Notes under the pieces: generated by a model
Databases searched by the model: none
What the model was told of the DNA's origin: nothing
Seen by the model: only the letters and a program-made list of their open reading frames with translations
In this document: piece by piece, positions 10,419 to 21,153 of the stretch
How positions within the stretch are numbered: the stretch's first letter is position 1
Layout of the letters: every line of letters begins with the position of its first letter
Translations under genes and position numbers: made by a program
Assembly: GCA_943788985.1 (NCBI GenBank)
Contig: CALSSJ010000011.1
Coordinates: forward strand, 64,001 to 128,000
DNA length: 64,000 nt
Reading direction: 5' to 3'
DNA from: an uncultured Lentisphaerales bacterium
GTDB taxonomy: Bacteria > Verrucomicrobiota > Lentisphaeria > JABSQK01 > UBA12247

Positions 10419-11831
10419 ATGTCTGAACAAACTGATGTTATTGTATTGGGGGGCGGCCCCGCTGGGTACGCCGCTGCCTTTAAGGCCGCGGACCTGGGGT
10501 TGACCGTCACTCTCGTAGAGAAGGCGGAGAACCCAGGCGGGGTCTGTCTATACCGGGGCTGTATCCCCTCTAAGGCGCTACTGCATGTCGCCAAGCTCAT
10601 CCATGAAGCCCGCGAGGCCGAAGCCTGCGGCGTGAGCTTTGGCGAGCCGAGCATTGATCTCGATAAACTGCGACAGTTCAAGGATCAGGTCGTCAATAAG
10701 TTGACCGGGGGCTTGGGGCAGTTGACCAAGGCTCGTGCCATCACGTACGTCCGCGGGACCGGGGTCATGAGATCCTCAAACGACGTCTTGGTGACGCTCG
10801 CGGATGGGACTGAATCCGAGCATCGCGCTGCTCACGTGATTCTCGCGACTGGCTCTGCGCCGGTGCGTATTCCCAACGTTTCGATTGACGACGGTCGGGT
10901 CATGGATTCCACCGGGGCGCTGGCCCTCGCTGACATTCCGAAGTCACTGTTGGTTGTCGGCGGTGGCTATATCGGCCTGGAGATGGGGAGTGTCTACGCT
11001 GCCCTCGGCTCTAAGGTGACGGTCGTCGAAATGACCGACGGATTACTTCCGGGCGCCGACCGCGACCTCGTGGCGGTACTCGAGAAGCGCATTCGCACAC
11101 AATTTCATGAGATTCTGCTGTCGACCAAGGTAAATAGCGTCAAAGCACTCAAGACCAAGTTGAAGGTTTCCCTTGAGGACGCCAGGAGCAGTTCGACGCA
11201 ATCTTTTGATCGCGTGCTGGTTGCGGTGGGGCGCCGCCCCAATACCGCCGGCATCGGTCTTGAGAACACCAAGGTTACCTTGAATAAGCGCGGTTTTGCC
11301 GAGGTGAATGGCCAGCAACGTACGCAGGATGCTGCGGTGTTCGCAATCGGTGACATCGCGGGCGAGCCCATGCTGGCGCACAAAGGATCCCACGAGGGAA
11401 TCGTGGCTGCCGAAGTGATTGCTGGCCATACTACTGCATTCGAGGCAAACGCCATTCCAGGGGTTGTCTTTACGGACCCCGAGCTGGCGTGGTGTGGCGT
11501 GACTGAAGACGAGGCCAACCGACGCGGCCTGAACACCGTGATTTCTCGCTTCCCGTGGGCGGCATCCGGCCGCGCCACCACGCTGGATCGAAACGATGGT
11601 CTGACCAAGCTGATCGTCGATGCCAAAAGCGAACGCGTACTTGGGGTCGGAATTTGCGGCGTCGGGGCCGGGGAGATGATTGCTGAAGGCGTACTCGCTG
11701 TGGAAATGGCTGCGACTGTTAGTGATCTTAAGTTGTCGATTCATGCGCATCCGACCTTGAGTGAGACCGTGATGGAAGCTGCGGAACTCGTGCATGGTCC
11801 AAGTACGCACGTCTTCCGGCCGGCACGGTAG
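10419..11831 (+). CDS. lpdA: Dihydrolipoyl dehydrogenase (E3)
   Basis: GGGPAGY, GGVCLYRGCIPSK redox disulfide, GGGYIGLE, HAHPTLSE. Confidence 0.97.
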   Translation: MSEQTDVIVLGGGPAGYAAAFKAADLGLTVTLVEKAENPGGVCLYRGCIPSKALLHVAKLIHEAREAEACGVSFGEPSIDLDKLRQFKDQVVNKLTGGLGQLTKARAITYVRGTGVMRSSNDVLVTLADGTESEHRAAHVILATGSAPVRIPNVSIDDGRVMDSTGALALADIPKSLLVVGGGYIGLEMGSVYAALGSKVTVVEMTDGLLPGADRDLVAVLEKRIRTQFHEILLSTKVNSVKALKTKLKVSLEDARSSSTQSFDRVLVAVGRRPNTAGIGLENTKVTLNKRGFAEVNGQQRTQDAAVFAIGDIAGEPMLAHKGSHEGIVAAEVIAGHTTAFEANAIPGVVFTDPELAWCGVTEDEANRRGLNTVISRFPWAASGRATTLDRNDGLTKLIVDAKSERVLGVGICGVGAGEMIAEGVLAVEMAATVSDLKLSIHAHPTLSETVMEAAELVHGPSTHVFRPAR

Positions 11832-11836
11832 GGGGG

Positions 11837-12646
11837 GTGGCAATTATGCGTTACGCTTTCCGATCCTCACGTTCCGACCCGCTGATTCCTGTCAGAAATG
11901 GCATTTCAACCCGCACCCCCAGGGGGCAGATTGGCCAGACTTGGTGGGGCCGACGTTGGCTTGAGCCTTTTGAAGAGAGTGTGGCACGGCCCGTTCTCGA
12001 CAATGGTCGAAAGTACGCCCGCAAAGGACAGATCCTTTCTATCACCGTCACGCCCGGCGATGTACGCGCTGTGGTTCAGGGGTCTCGCGAGGAGCCCTAC
12101 GAATGCAACGCGCAGTACAAGACGGTGCCGGATGATGAGTGGACAGTAGCTTTGGAGAAGCTGAGCGCATCATCACTCCCTGTGGCGCACCTGCTGGCAA
12201 ATCGCATGCCCGAGAACATCGAAGAGTATCTTGGTCTGGAGCCGCATCGCTTCTTTCCGGATTTTGCCCCGCCTGCTGACTGCTTCTGTGAGTGTATCAA
12301 TGGCGGCAGATTCTGTAAGCATCTAGCCGCAGTCTATTACATTCTGGCAGAGAGGTTTGATGAAGACCCATTCCTACTGTTTAAGCTCCGAGGCCTGGAT
12401 ACCCAAGTCATCAGAGATCACTGGCGGGAGCAATGGGGAATTAAGCCCGAATCGGAGACGACGGTGGCCACAGTCGAGGAAGGAGCCACACCTCAGCCGT
12501 TTTATGGCGGGGACGTCGAGCCTTTGATTGATCTTGAGCAGCAACCCATTCAGCGCCTTGACGTGTTGAATCGGCTCGGCATGCCGACCTTTCTTCCGGC
12601 GCGAGATGAGACCAGCATTGGCGCCTTGCGCCGCTTCTACGATTAG
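11837..12646 (+). CDS. SWIM zinc finger protein
   Basis: TWWGRRWL, GRKYARKG, A.VQGS...PY, CECxxxxxxCKH SWIM motif, FDEDPFLLFKLRG. Confidence 0.88.
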   Translation: MAIMRYAFRSSRSDPLIPVRNGISTRTPRGQIGQTWWGRRWLEPFEESVARPVLDNGRKYARKGQILSITVTPGDVRAVVQGSREEPYECNAQYKTVPDDEWTVALEKLSASSLPVAHLLANRMPENIEEYLGLEPHRFFPDFAPPADCFCECINGGRFCKHLAAVYYILAERFDEDPFLLFKLRGLDTQVIRDHWREQWGIKPESETTVATVEEGATPQPFYGGDVEPLIDLEQQPIQRLDVLNRLGMPTFLPARDETSIGALRRFYD

Positions 12647-12696
12647 CCGAGCCTAGGGCGGCTAAGTCCGACAGGCTATTGTGCAACACTAGGCCG

Positions 12697-13746
12697 TTAG
12701 ATGGCCGCCTGCAGAATGGGGAGGGCGTGCTGGGCCCACCTTTCCCAGCTCTGAGAACGGGCCCACTCCTGATTTTCAGCCGTTGGCGGAGTAGCGCGCA
12801 GCGCAGTTGCAATCTGACTGGCGAGGTCTGCGTTGTTGCAAAAGGTCATGGCGCGGCCGTTCGAGGTTTCGCACAGGACCGGATGATGTGCGTGCAATAA
12901 TGGCGAGCCGCTGGCCATTGCCTCAAGAATTGGCAGGCCGAATCCCTCATCTATGCTGGGCATGACAGTCAGGGCGGCGTGTGCGTAGAGAGTCGGCAAC
13001 TCGGTGCGGGGGACGTAGCCCAGATGTACGACGTTTGGCCCCGCTTGCTGTAGAGCACGGCGAATCGGCGCAGAGCGCCAGGCGTAGCGGCCAGCGATGA
13101 CCAACTCATGGTCGCCTGTGTCGAGGGATTGGAAGGCTTCGAGTAACTGCCCGACGCCCTTCTTAGGCTCAAGGTTTCCCACGAACAAGATGTAGGGCCG
13201 CTCGCGTGGGCGAGCCTGGGGCCTATCGAGAAAGCAAGGATCCACGCCCAGAGGGATGCGCTCGATGCGGGGGATCGGGACCCCAAATCTGCTGTGCACT
13301 GCGTCAGCCTCCGCGGTGGAAGACACGAGCACCGTCTTCGCGCGGCGGACCGCGGCCGGCATCAAGACACGCATGTGCGCTGCGTTGCGAAGTGCGCACA
13401 GCTCCGGCCGGCGAAACGCCAGTGTATCATGGACATGGACCACGTAGGGGATTGGGCAGCGGACTGGTGCGGTATAGGCTGGAGCGAACAGGACGCCTGC
13501 ATCCCGCAGGTAATGGGGAAACACCAACTGTTGCCAGGCGATCCTGCGCAGAACGTTGCCCGCGACAGGCCCCGGTGAGGTGGGAATGCTGGCCCGAGCA
13601 CAGGCATCTATAAGGTCTGAATCGCCCGTGAATACATGGGCGCGGCCGTAGCTGCCAAGCGCAATCGCCCCTGCTGCCACTGCGTAGTGCACGCCACTGC
13701 GGGGCGGTCCCACAACGGTCGCGTCGATTGCGATTCCGGAATTCAC
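12697..13746 (-). CDS. GT-B glycosyltransferase (GT4-type)
   Basis: VHD, FVGNLEPKKG, PSIDEGFGLPILEAMASG (E-x7-E motif). Confidence 0.92.
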   Translation of the reverse strand: MNSGIAIDATVVGPPRSGVHYAVAAGAIALGSYGRAHVFTGDSDLIDACARASIPTSPGPVAGNVLRRIAWQQLVFPHYLRDAGVLFAPAYTAPVRCPIPYVVHVHDTLAFRRPELCALRNAAHMRVLMPAAVRRAKTVLVSSTAEADAVHSRFGVPIPRIERIPLGVDPCFLDRPQARPRERPYILFVGNLEPKKGVGQLLEAFQSLDTGDHELVIAGRYAWRSAPIRRALQQAGPNVVHLGYVPRTELPTLYAHAALTVMPSIDEGFGLPILEAMASGSPLLHAHHPVLCETSNGRAMTFCNNADLASQIATALRATPPTAENQEWARSQSWERWAQHALPILQAAI

Positions 13747-13759
13747 AGCCGCCTGCTCG

Positions 13760-16054
13760 TCAGGGTCGGTTGTGCGGCGTTCGCAACTCTACGATCGCCT
13801 GTCCGCTTAGCTCGACCCGCAGCGGCTGCCCTGCGATCGCGGGGTTGACGACCACGGCCAGCTGGCTCGTGCCAGTGGCAAGCTGGATCGTATCGCCTAC
13901 GACCTCTTCCCAACCGTGCTCGTCGCGAAGCCAGCACGAGACCAAGCCGCAATCACGGGAAATACTCACGGTCGCTGAGCCTGCACGTCGGCAGTAGAGG
14001 TCGGTGCTCAGCACGATCGCATCTGTACCCAAATCTTTGAGTTTGCTGACTAGTACCTGATTGTCGGCACCGGCGTAGAGCCGCGTTGCGGATCGTTCGC
14101 TGCGCGTCGGGAGGGCACCCGAATACGGGTAGGCCAGCCAGTTGGTGACCACCGGCTCGGGGAGGTACGAAGACTTGCCAGGGCTACCAAGTTGCGTAAG
14201 AAAGGCAGCGAGATGGTAGACATCGACTTGGGATAGTTCGTCAATGCCATCGGGAGCCATCAGCGATACTGGCTGTTTCTCAACCTGACTGTGCTGCGGC
14301 AGATAAAGGGGCTCACCGTTGGTCCGGGTGTGGCGGTCGCGGTCCGCAGCGGAGGCGTGATAGATGTCCCCGTACGGGAGGGAGAGGGCGACGGCTGTCT
14401 CGCCAGCACCGCGACGAATTAACGCATCCAAGATGGTCTGAGTATCGCGCTGGAGCCCTAGTTGGGTGAGTTCCGGGCCAATGTCATTGCCACGGCCGCC
14501 CACTGTGTGGCACGTGGCGCAGGCAGCGCGCTCGGAGAAAAATAGGTCGCGCCCGAGCTTTGGCTTTCCCTGTCGCATGACCGCGTCTCTGACTCGGTCC
14601 TTGTTGCGCCGAAGGATCTGTTGGTGAGTGGGCTTGTAGCCCGCAATCGAGCGGAGGCTTTTGTTGAGGTCTTCCGCGGCAATCCCCTCGCGCTTGAGTA
14701 CAAATCGCAGGGCCTTGCGCGCATCGCCGCTCGGCGCCAACGATGTCTTGGTGATGGCGTCCCGAAAGCTGCGGACACTCAGCAGTAGCGCGAAGGCGTC
14801 AGCCAACGATACGGCGTCTTTGCCACGGACCTTGGTTGCGGTCTCCGCAAACGCCTGGCAGGCCGCGGTCGGATCGCGGCGCGCCAGCAGGACAGCGGCT
14901 AGGATACGATCATCATTGCCCGGAAGAGCCGGCAGCGTAGTTTCGAGACGAGTCTCGAATGCGCCTCGTTGCAGTGCTTCGGCGGCGGCTAGGCGTACCG
15001 AAAAGGGCTGTTCGCGGTCGAGCAGAAGGGCCTCGAGTGCACGAGTGGCGGCTTCAACACGGCCAATGCCAGCAAGCCGACAGGCGAGTATGCGTACATC
15101 AGCTAGGGGGTGGCGGAGGAGGGCAGCGATGGTCGCCGAGGAGGCCCGGCCCATGCGTCTTATCTCGCCAGCTGTTGCGAGTGCATTGCCGGCTCCCAGC
15201 AGCCAGTCCGGCCCGGCGGAAATGGTCAGGGCCTGCTTTGCGAGCGTCGCATGCAGACGGTCAATCTGCGGGCCAGTAGCATAGGCGGAAAACCGGGCCA
15301 ACTCATCGCGAGTTTCATCGTTGCTGAGATAAGTCCGGGCAGTCCGGGCGAAGAAGCGTACAAAATCTGGTGCGCAGGCGGTCGGCGCTGGCGCGGTTTC
15401 TGGGACTGGCTGACCCAGCAGGCTTGCGAGGAGATGCTGGAGCAACAGGGCGGCAGCGGGCTCCGCCAAGTTCTCTGGGCCAAATAGGCAGACGTAGGTT
15501 CCATCTGCGGTTTGCCACAACACAGGGATGTGGGGCACTGATTCTGCGACGACCGGCATTGGGCTGGAGGCCGGCCAATCGAATTCAACCCGAGCCTCGA
15601 CCTGCGCCCAGGCGAAGGCTTGCGCACCTGCATCCAGGGTGACGTGGGCGAGCGGCACATTCTGTACGGGAGTCTGTGGAATTTGCGCCAGTGCGGGCAT
15701 GGCTCCTGTCATCAGGTTCCAGATGCGGTAGCGGCTGATTGTTTGCACGGTGACACCGCTTTGCCTCGGGGGTAGCGCTGCCAGGGCATGCGCACCAAGA
15801 ACGACACGAGTGCCGCTGGAGTGAGCCGCGTCGGCGACTCCGACACAGTCCAATACCAGATCGAACTCGCCCGCGCGCTGGCTGTGTGCCGCAGGCAGTA
15901 CGGCGACTTGTAGATCTTGGGCCGCGAGCCAGTCCTGGAGACCGGCAATTCCACGGGAAGATGCGTCCAGGCGGTCGGGTGTAATCAGCAGTACTTTCGG
16001 GCCGGCAAGAGCGCCGTAGGCTAGAGTCAGGGTCAAAAAGAATCGGATCGACAT
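13760..16054 (-). CDS. Exported HEAT-repeat protein with PVC-type CxxCH heme-binding domain
   Basis: Signal peptide from ATG 16054 (MSIRFFLTLTLAYGALA), HEAT-like repeats (DVRILACRLAG, SVRLAAAEAL), GRDLF..CATCH..GG.G..IGPELT, SLMAPDG. Confidence 0.75.
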   Translation of the reverse strand: MSIRFFLTLTLAYGALAGPKVLLITPDRLDASSRGIAGLQDWLAAQDLQVAVLPAAHSQRAGEFDLVLDCVGVADAAHSSGTRVVLGAHALAALPPRQSGVTVQTISRYRIWNLMTGAMPALAQIPQTPVQNVPLAHVTLDAGAQAFAWAQVEARVEFDWPASSPMPVVAESVPHIPVLWQTADGTYVCLFGPENLAEPAAALLLQHLLASLLGQPVPETAPAPTACAPDFVRFFARTARTYLSNDETRDELARFSAYATGPQIDRLHATLAKQALTISAGPDWLLGAGNALATAGEIRRMGRASSATIAALLRHPLADVRILACRLAGIGRVEAATRALEALLLDREQPFSVRLAAAEALQRGAFETRLETTLPALPGNDDRILAAVLLARRDPTAACQAFAETATKVRGKDAVSLADAFALLLSVRSFRDAITKTSLAPSGDARKALRFVLKREGIAAEDLNKSLRSIAGYKPTHQQILRRNKDRVRDAVMRQGKPKLGRDLFFSERAACATCHTVGGRGNDIGPELTQLGLQRDTQTILDALIRRGAGETAVALSLPYGDIYHASAADRDRHTRTNGEPLYLPQHSQVEKQPVSLMAPDGIDELSQVDVYHLAAFLTQLGSPGKSSYLPEPVVTNWLAYPYSGALPTRSERSATRLYAGADNQVLVSKLKDLGTDAIVLSTDLYCRRAGSATVSISRDCGLVSCWLRDEHGWEEVVGDTIQLATGTSQLAVVVNPAIAGQPLRVELSGQAIVELRTPHNRP

Positions 16055-16156
16055 CGCGTGAGGACAATGAGTCAGGGAGTGAGTGCCAACACCCATAATG
16101 AACGCATCCCCGCGCGGTGCAACGGCAGCGTGGGAAAAAGCCAGGCTGTTTGGCCG

Positions 16157-17159
16157 CTAAGTCCGCTGCCGGGCCTCGCGAAGTTGGGCAATCTCCTGCT
16201 TCACAACGTCAGAGGCATCTTCGTAGTCGTACTGATGGTCGAGCAGCGCGTAGGTAAAAGTCCCATTGCCACGGTTATACCAGCGCCAATCGATGGGACT
16301 CGCACATCCATCGAGGCCCACGGGACGCTGCCTACAATCTCTGGATGCTTGCCAATGCCCTCGTATCCTTCGCGCAGAATGGTGCCGTGCCGGATGGCCT
16401 GGGTCGGTCTTCTCCCGTCCTTCTAAGCCGTCCGGCGCCGCAGAGATGGAACCAAATTCGGTGATCATGAGTTGCTTGTTGAACCGGCGCAGCATTTCCA
16501 TAAACTTGTCGGCGGCGGTGGGGTTGTCTCCCGAACTCGCCACGTAGAGGTTCGCCCCAATCACGTCAAGCAGGTCATAAAACGCATCTGGGTGAGCAGG
16601 GTACCAGTCCTGCCCCTCGATGCGAATCTCGCGGTAGTTGATCTCGTCTACCATGGTTTCGTCGGCGGTGCGGATCTCAGTCCCATACAAGGTGGGGGCT
16701 TCAGTGTCCCAGAGCTTGATCTTGCTGCGTGAAATCCGCAGTCCTACTTTCGCCAGGCCGCCCACCGGAAACTCCAATGCGGCCTCGAGGCCGAGTTCTG
16801 GGATCGCTACGGTAGCGGGCAACGTTGTGTTGCGTCCTGCGGCAGAGGCTGTGGCCAAACCACGGCCTCATCGCCTTCCAAAGCAGTCCGTGTTCGGAAG
16901 TCTTCCACGTAGGTTCGAGGCACGAAAATCAAGGGCACTTGATCGAGTCCGAAGTCGCGCACGCAGTTGGCGTGGCCATCGTACCAAGCGAGCTCCGGAA
17001 ATTCCTACTTCCATGTCGAGTAACCTCGGAGTCCCATAGGCCCTCCAAATTAAAGCACGGGAAGAAACCGCCGTTGTCGCCTTCCTGTTTGCACCACTGT
17101 TGCTGGCGGGAATACTGGTAGGGGATCTGGGTTGAATTTACAGGTACAGTTAAGATCAA
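16157..17159 (-). pseudogene. Glycoside hydrolase family 2-like remnant
   Basis: LWDTEAPTLY...DEINYREIRIEG and KQLMITEFG resemble GH2 motifs. The 5' part is broken across frames and the total is far shorter than a GH2 enzyme. Confidence 0.6.
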
Positions 17160-17387
17160 TTTAATTCGAGACTGGGTAAGAATCGCCAGGACTGTTTACC
17201 CAGCACAGAAGGTACAACAATTGTTACACCGATGGGCTGAACGTCCGGCCTCACGCGACGATTGCCATGCGTCAGCGCAGGCGGCTTACACGGTAGAATA
17301 CCGCGGTCAGGAGCGTGTCGGCCTTGACTTCCTTGCGCGTCCCCTAAGGTACCCGACTTTCTAAACCGCAGAGCCCAAGGGTTTACC

Positions 17388-20345
17388 ATGTATCATCGCC
17401 TGCAGGTCTCCCCAAAAACCGGAGTTCGTGACGCACGCGGTGAAGAAACTCAGGAGCGAATTCAACGCTACCTGGGAATCAGCACAGACCGGGTGCAAGT
17501 GCGCGACGTTTACTCTCTTTTCGCTGATCTCACAGCTGACCAGGCTGCGGAGATCGCAACCTGCTGCAGCAATCCGGTATTGCAGACCACCGAGAGTACG
17601 GACGTCTCTTTTGATTGGCTGATTGCCGTCGGGTACCTACCAGGCGTGACGGACAATGTTTCCCGTACGTTGCGGCGCGTCATTCGTGATGCGATCGGCA
17701 GACCATTGCGCGAGGACGAAGAAGTCTACTCCAGTGTCGAATACCTAATCTCAGGCCCAGGCTTGAGCCGTGAGTCAGTCGCAACTATGGCCACAGATTT
17801 GCTGGCAAATGCCCTGATCCAGAGCGTGGCTATTCGCAACGCTAGTGAGTGGCGAGAGCAAGGCCCTCATCAAAATAGGCCGCGATATGACGCCAGTGAT
17901 GTCGAAGAAGGCGCGTCGGTTGAGATTGATCTTACCGGCGATGACGCACAGCTGCAGGCCATCAGTGACAAGAACACGCTGGCCCTGACCTTGGCCGAAA
18001 TGAAGGCCATCCGCGACTATTTTTCTGGACAGAAGTCGGAGCGCCGAGCTCTTGACCTGCCTACGAATCCTACAGATTGCGAGCTAGAGATACTGGCCCA
18101 GACCTGGTCTGAGCATTGCAAGCATAAGATCTTCGATGCGATCATCCATTACCGGGATGATGCCGGAAATGAGCAAACCGTGGACGGTTGCTTTCCTACC
18201 TTTATTCGCGCTGCGACATTTGAGATTGGCGAAGACATCGACTGGCTGGTTTCCGTCTTCCATGATAATGCCGGGGTTGTGCGCTTTAACGACACCTTAA
18301 ACCTCGTGTACAAGGCCGAGACCCACAACAGCCCCTCGGCGCTCGATCCGTACGGTGGCGCCATGACAGGCATCGTTGGCGTGAATCGCGACCCGATGGG
18401 GACTGGGCTTGGTGCTGACCTCACACTGAACGTCTGGGGGTATTGCTTCGGCTCCCCGGCTACGCCCGCTGAAGACGTTCCCGAGAGCCTGTTTCACCCC
18501 GCTCGGCTGCGCGATTGTGTTCACCACGGCGTGATCGATGGCGGGAATCAGAGCGGAATTCCATACGCGATCGGCTGGGAGTACTTTGACCCGCGCTACC
18601 TCGGAAAGCCGCTCGTGTTTTGCGGCACGGTCGGGACGCTTCCGCGTACGATCAACGGGCAAGCAAGTGAAGATAAGTCCATTCTCCCAGGCGACTTTGT
18701 AGTCATGGCCGGTGGCCAGATCGGCAAGGACGGCATTCATGGCGCTACGTTCAGCAGCGAGGAACTGCATGGTTCGTCGCCCAGCCAGGCTGTGCAGATT
18801 GGCGACCCCATTACCCAGAAGATGCTCGCAGACTTTCTGTATGTTGCTCGTGACCGCGGCCTGTTTCGCTTCATTACCGACAACGGTGCCGGCGGCTTGT
18901 CCTCCAGCATCGGTGAGATGGCGACACAGTGTGGTGGCGCTCGCCTGGAACTGTCGAATGCACCGCTTAAGTATGTAGGCCTTCGCCCTTGGGAGATTCT
19001 GCTCTCGGAAGCGCAGGAGCGCATGAGCTTCGCGGTACCGCCGGAGGACTGGGACGAGCTCAAGGCGCTCGCAGACTCCTACGAGGTCGAGATCAGCAAC
19101 ATCGGTGTGTTTACCGACGATGGCTGGTTCGACATTCGCTACGAGGACGAGCGAATTGCCCGGATTGAGCTCGAGTTCATGCACAAGGGCTATCCCCGGT
19201 TGGAGATTCCTGCCGTGTGGGCACCACCTCAGCACGACGAGCCCACCACGCTAGACCAAGATCCGTCGCAGGCATTGCTGGACCTTCTCGCTCGTGACAA
19301 CATCACCAGCGGTGAAACTCATGCTCGTCAATATGATCACGAGGTCAAAGGCCTCAGCGTGATCAAGCCGTACGTGGGGATCGATAATAACGTCGCCTCC
19401 GATGCCGTCGTCTCGATGCTGGAGCCGCTGACCACAGAAGGGGTAATCCTGGCCGCAGCCGTGCTGCCACGCTACTCCGATATCGACACCTACCACATGA
19501 CTGCCTCGGTTATCGACCTTGCCGTACGTCGTACGATCGCCGTTGGCGGCGAGATGGGCCGCATCGCCGGGCTGGACAACTTCTGCTGGCCAGATCCGGT
19601 CGAAAGCCCCAAGACGCCAGACGGGGCTTACAAGGCCGCGCAGCTGGTGCGCTCAAATCAGGCGCTCTATGACTATTGTAAGGCGTACGGTGTGCCATGT
19701 ATCTCCGGCAAGGATAGCATGAAGAACGACAGCACGCGTGGCGGTCGCAAGATTTCGATTCCTCCGACTTTGCTGTTCTCCACGATCACGCCGATGGCAG
19801 ACATCACGCGCAGCGTCACACTGGACGTCAAGCGGGCCAGAGACTTGGTCTATGTGGTCGGTGCGACCCTCCCCGAGTTGGGCGGCAGTGAGTATCTGGC
19901 GATGCAAGGCTACACGGGCAATGCGGTCCCGAAGGTGGACGCAGACGAAGCAATCAGAACCTACCAGGCGATGGCGAAGGCTACCGCCGCCGGGCTCTGC
20001 CGCTCCATTCATACCCCGGCGCTTGGCGGTCTGGCGGTGGCACTTGCGAAGTCCGCAATCGGCGGGCAGTTGGGCATCGAGGCTGACCTGTCGCTAGTCC
20101 CAACTGCAGGAGATCTTGATCTGAACGGGCTCTTGTTTTCCGAAACCAACAGCCGCTTCGTGGTCACCGTCTGTCCCGACAACTGGCAGAAATTCGAAGC
20201 GCTGTTCGAAGCAGATCAGGCTGTGGCTTGCATCGGCAAAGTCACGCGAGACCCGGCGTTGGTCCTGCATCATCGGGGAAGCCCAGAAGTTGAGCTAAAC
20301 CTGGCCGAGCTCACAGCGGCCTATACCCGCGGACCGGAGGCGTAA
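17388..20345 (+). CDS. purL: Phosphoribosylformylglycinamidine synthase subunit PurL with N-terminal extension
   Basis: QTWSEHCKHKIF, KAETHNSPS, DGIHGATFSS, DNGAGG, SEAQERM, QYDHEV, DNFCW, SGKDS. Confidence 0.97.
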   Translation: MYHRLQVSPKTGVRDARGEETQERIQRYLGISTDRVQVRDVYSLFADLTADQAAEIATCCSNPVLQTTESTDVSFDWLIAVGYLPGVTDNVSRTLRRVIRDAIGRPLREDEEVYSSVEYLISGPGLSRESVATMATDLLANALIQSVAIRNASEWREQGPHQNRPRYDASDVEEGASVEIDLTGDDAQLQAISDKNTLALTLAEMKAIRDYFSGQKSERRALDLPTNPTDCELEILAQTWSEHCKHKIFDAIIHYRDDAGNEQTVDGCFPTFIRAATFEIGEDIDWLVSVFHDNAGVVRFNDTLNLVYKAETHNSPSALDPYGGAMTGIVGVNRDPMGTGLGADLTLNVWGYCFGSPATPAEDVPESLFHPARLRDCVHHGVIDGGNQSGIPYAIGWEYFDPRYLGKPLVFCGTVGTLPRTINGQASEDKSILPGDFVVMAGGQIGKDGIHGATFSSEELHGSSPSQAVQIGDPITQKMLADFLYVARDRGLFRFITDNGAGGLSSSIGEMATQCGGARLELSNAPLKYVGLRPWEILLSEAQERMSFAVPPEDWDELKALADSYEVEISNIGVFTDDGWFDIRYEDERIARIELEFMHKGYPRLEIPAVWAPPQHDEPTTLDQDPSQALLDLLARDNITSGETHARQYDHEVKGLSVIKPYVGIDNNVASDAVVSMLEPLTTEGVILAAAVLPRYSDIDTYHMTASVIDLAVRRTIAVGGEMGRIAGLDNFCWPDPVESPKTPDGAYKAAQLVRSNQALYDYCKAYGVPCISGKDSMKNDSTRGGRKISIPPTLLFSTITPMADITRSVTLDVKRARDLVYVVGATLPELGGSEYLAMQGYTGNAVPKVDADEAIRTYQAMAKATAAGLCRSIHTPALGGLAVALAKSAIGGQLGIEADLSLVPTAGDLDLNGLLFSETNSRFVVTVCPDNWQKFEALFEADQAVACIGKVTRDPALVLHHRGSPEVELNLAELTAAYTRGPEA

Positions 20346-20347
20346 CC

Positions 20348-21139
20348 ATGGCTAAGTGTCTCATCATTACCGGCTACGGACTGAACTGTGAACGCGAAAC
20401 ACAGGCTGCATTCGAGCATTGCGGTGCACAGGTCAGCCTGCTGCACTTCAACCAGCTGCTTGCGCGTCCCGAGACCTTGCAGGAGCACGACATTCTTACC
20501 TTTATTGGCGGCTTCTCGTTTGGTGACCATCTCGGTGCCGGCGTGGCGTTTGCGAATAAGGTCCGGCACCAACTCGGCGAAGCGCTCGACAGCTACGTCG
20601 CCGGCGGGCGATTAGTTCTTGGCATTTGCAACGGGATGCAGGTCATCACCCGCCTTGGGTTGTTGCCAGCCAGTGATGGGCAGACCGGGGAACCGCAAGC
20701 GGCGATGGCTCGCAATGACAACGACCGCTTTCGCGATGACTGGGTCACGGTGCGGGCGAATCCTGAGTCTCCTTGCGTGTTTACCCGCGGCCTCGATTCC
20801 CTAGCGCTGCCGATCCGCCACGGCGAGGGCAAGTTTTCCGTTGCCTCGCAGGACGTGCTGGACCGCATCATTGCTCAGGGACAGATTTGCCTGCAGTACT
20901 GCGATCCGGAGTCCGGAGAGCCGACTGAAGAGTTTCCGGACAATCCCAATGGCTCCCCGCTTGGAATCGCTGGCGTTTGTGACCCCACTGGCCGGATTCT
21001 CGGCATGATGCCTCATCCAGAGGCATACCTGTCGCCGTATAACCATCCGCACTGGACTCGCCAGAAGCTCAACGGCGTGCTGCCAGCAGAAGGCCTCGGC
21101 GTAGCCATCTTCCGCAACGCGGTGGACTTCGTCGGCTAG
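20348..21139 (+). CDS. purQ: FGAM synthase glutaminase subunit PurQ
   Basis: G.NCE.E, GGFSFGD, GICNG.Q, HGEG, NPNGS, MMPHPE. Starts 2 nt after purL. Confidence 0.96.
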   Translation: MAKCLIITGYGLNCERETQAAFEHCGAQVSLLHFNQLLARPETLQEHDILTFIGGFSFGDHLGAGVAFANKVRHQLGEALDSYVAGGRLVLGICNGMQVITRLGLLPASDGQTGEPQAAMARNDNDRFRDDWVTVRANPESPCVFTRGLDSLALPIRHGEGKFSVASQDVLDRIIAQGQICLQYCDPESGEPTEEFPDNPNGSPLGIAGVCDPTGRILGMMPHPEAYLSPYNHPHWTRQKLNGVLPAEGLGVAIFRNAVDFVG

Positions 21140-21153
21140 CAGCCTCTCGCGGC

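Noticed and set aside
17324..17350. purL promoter or purine riboswitch
   Set aside because: TTGACT-TAAGGT has only a 15-nt spacer, and no purine or ZTP riboswitch consensus was recognised.
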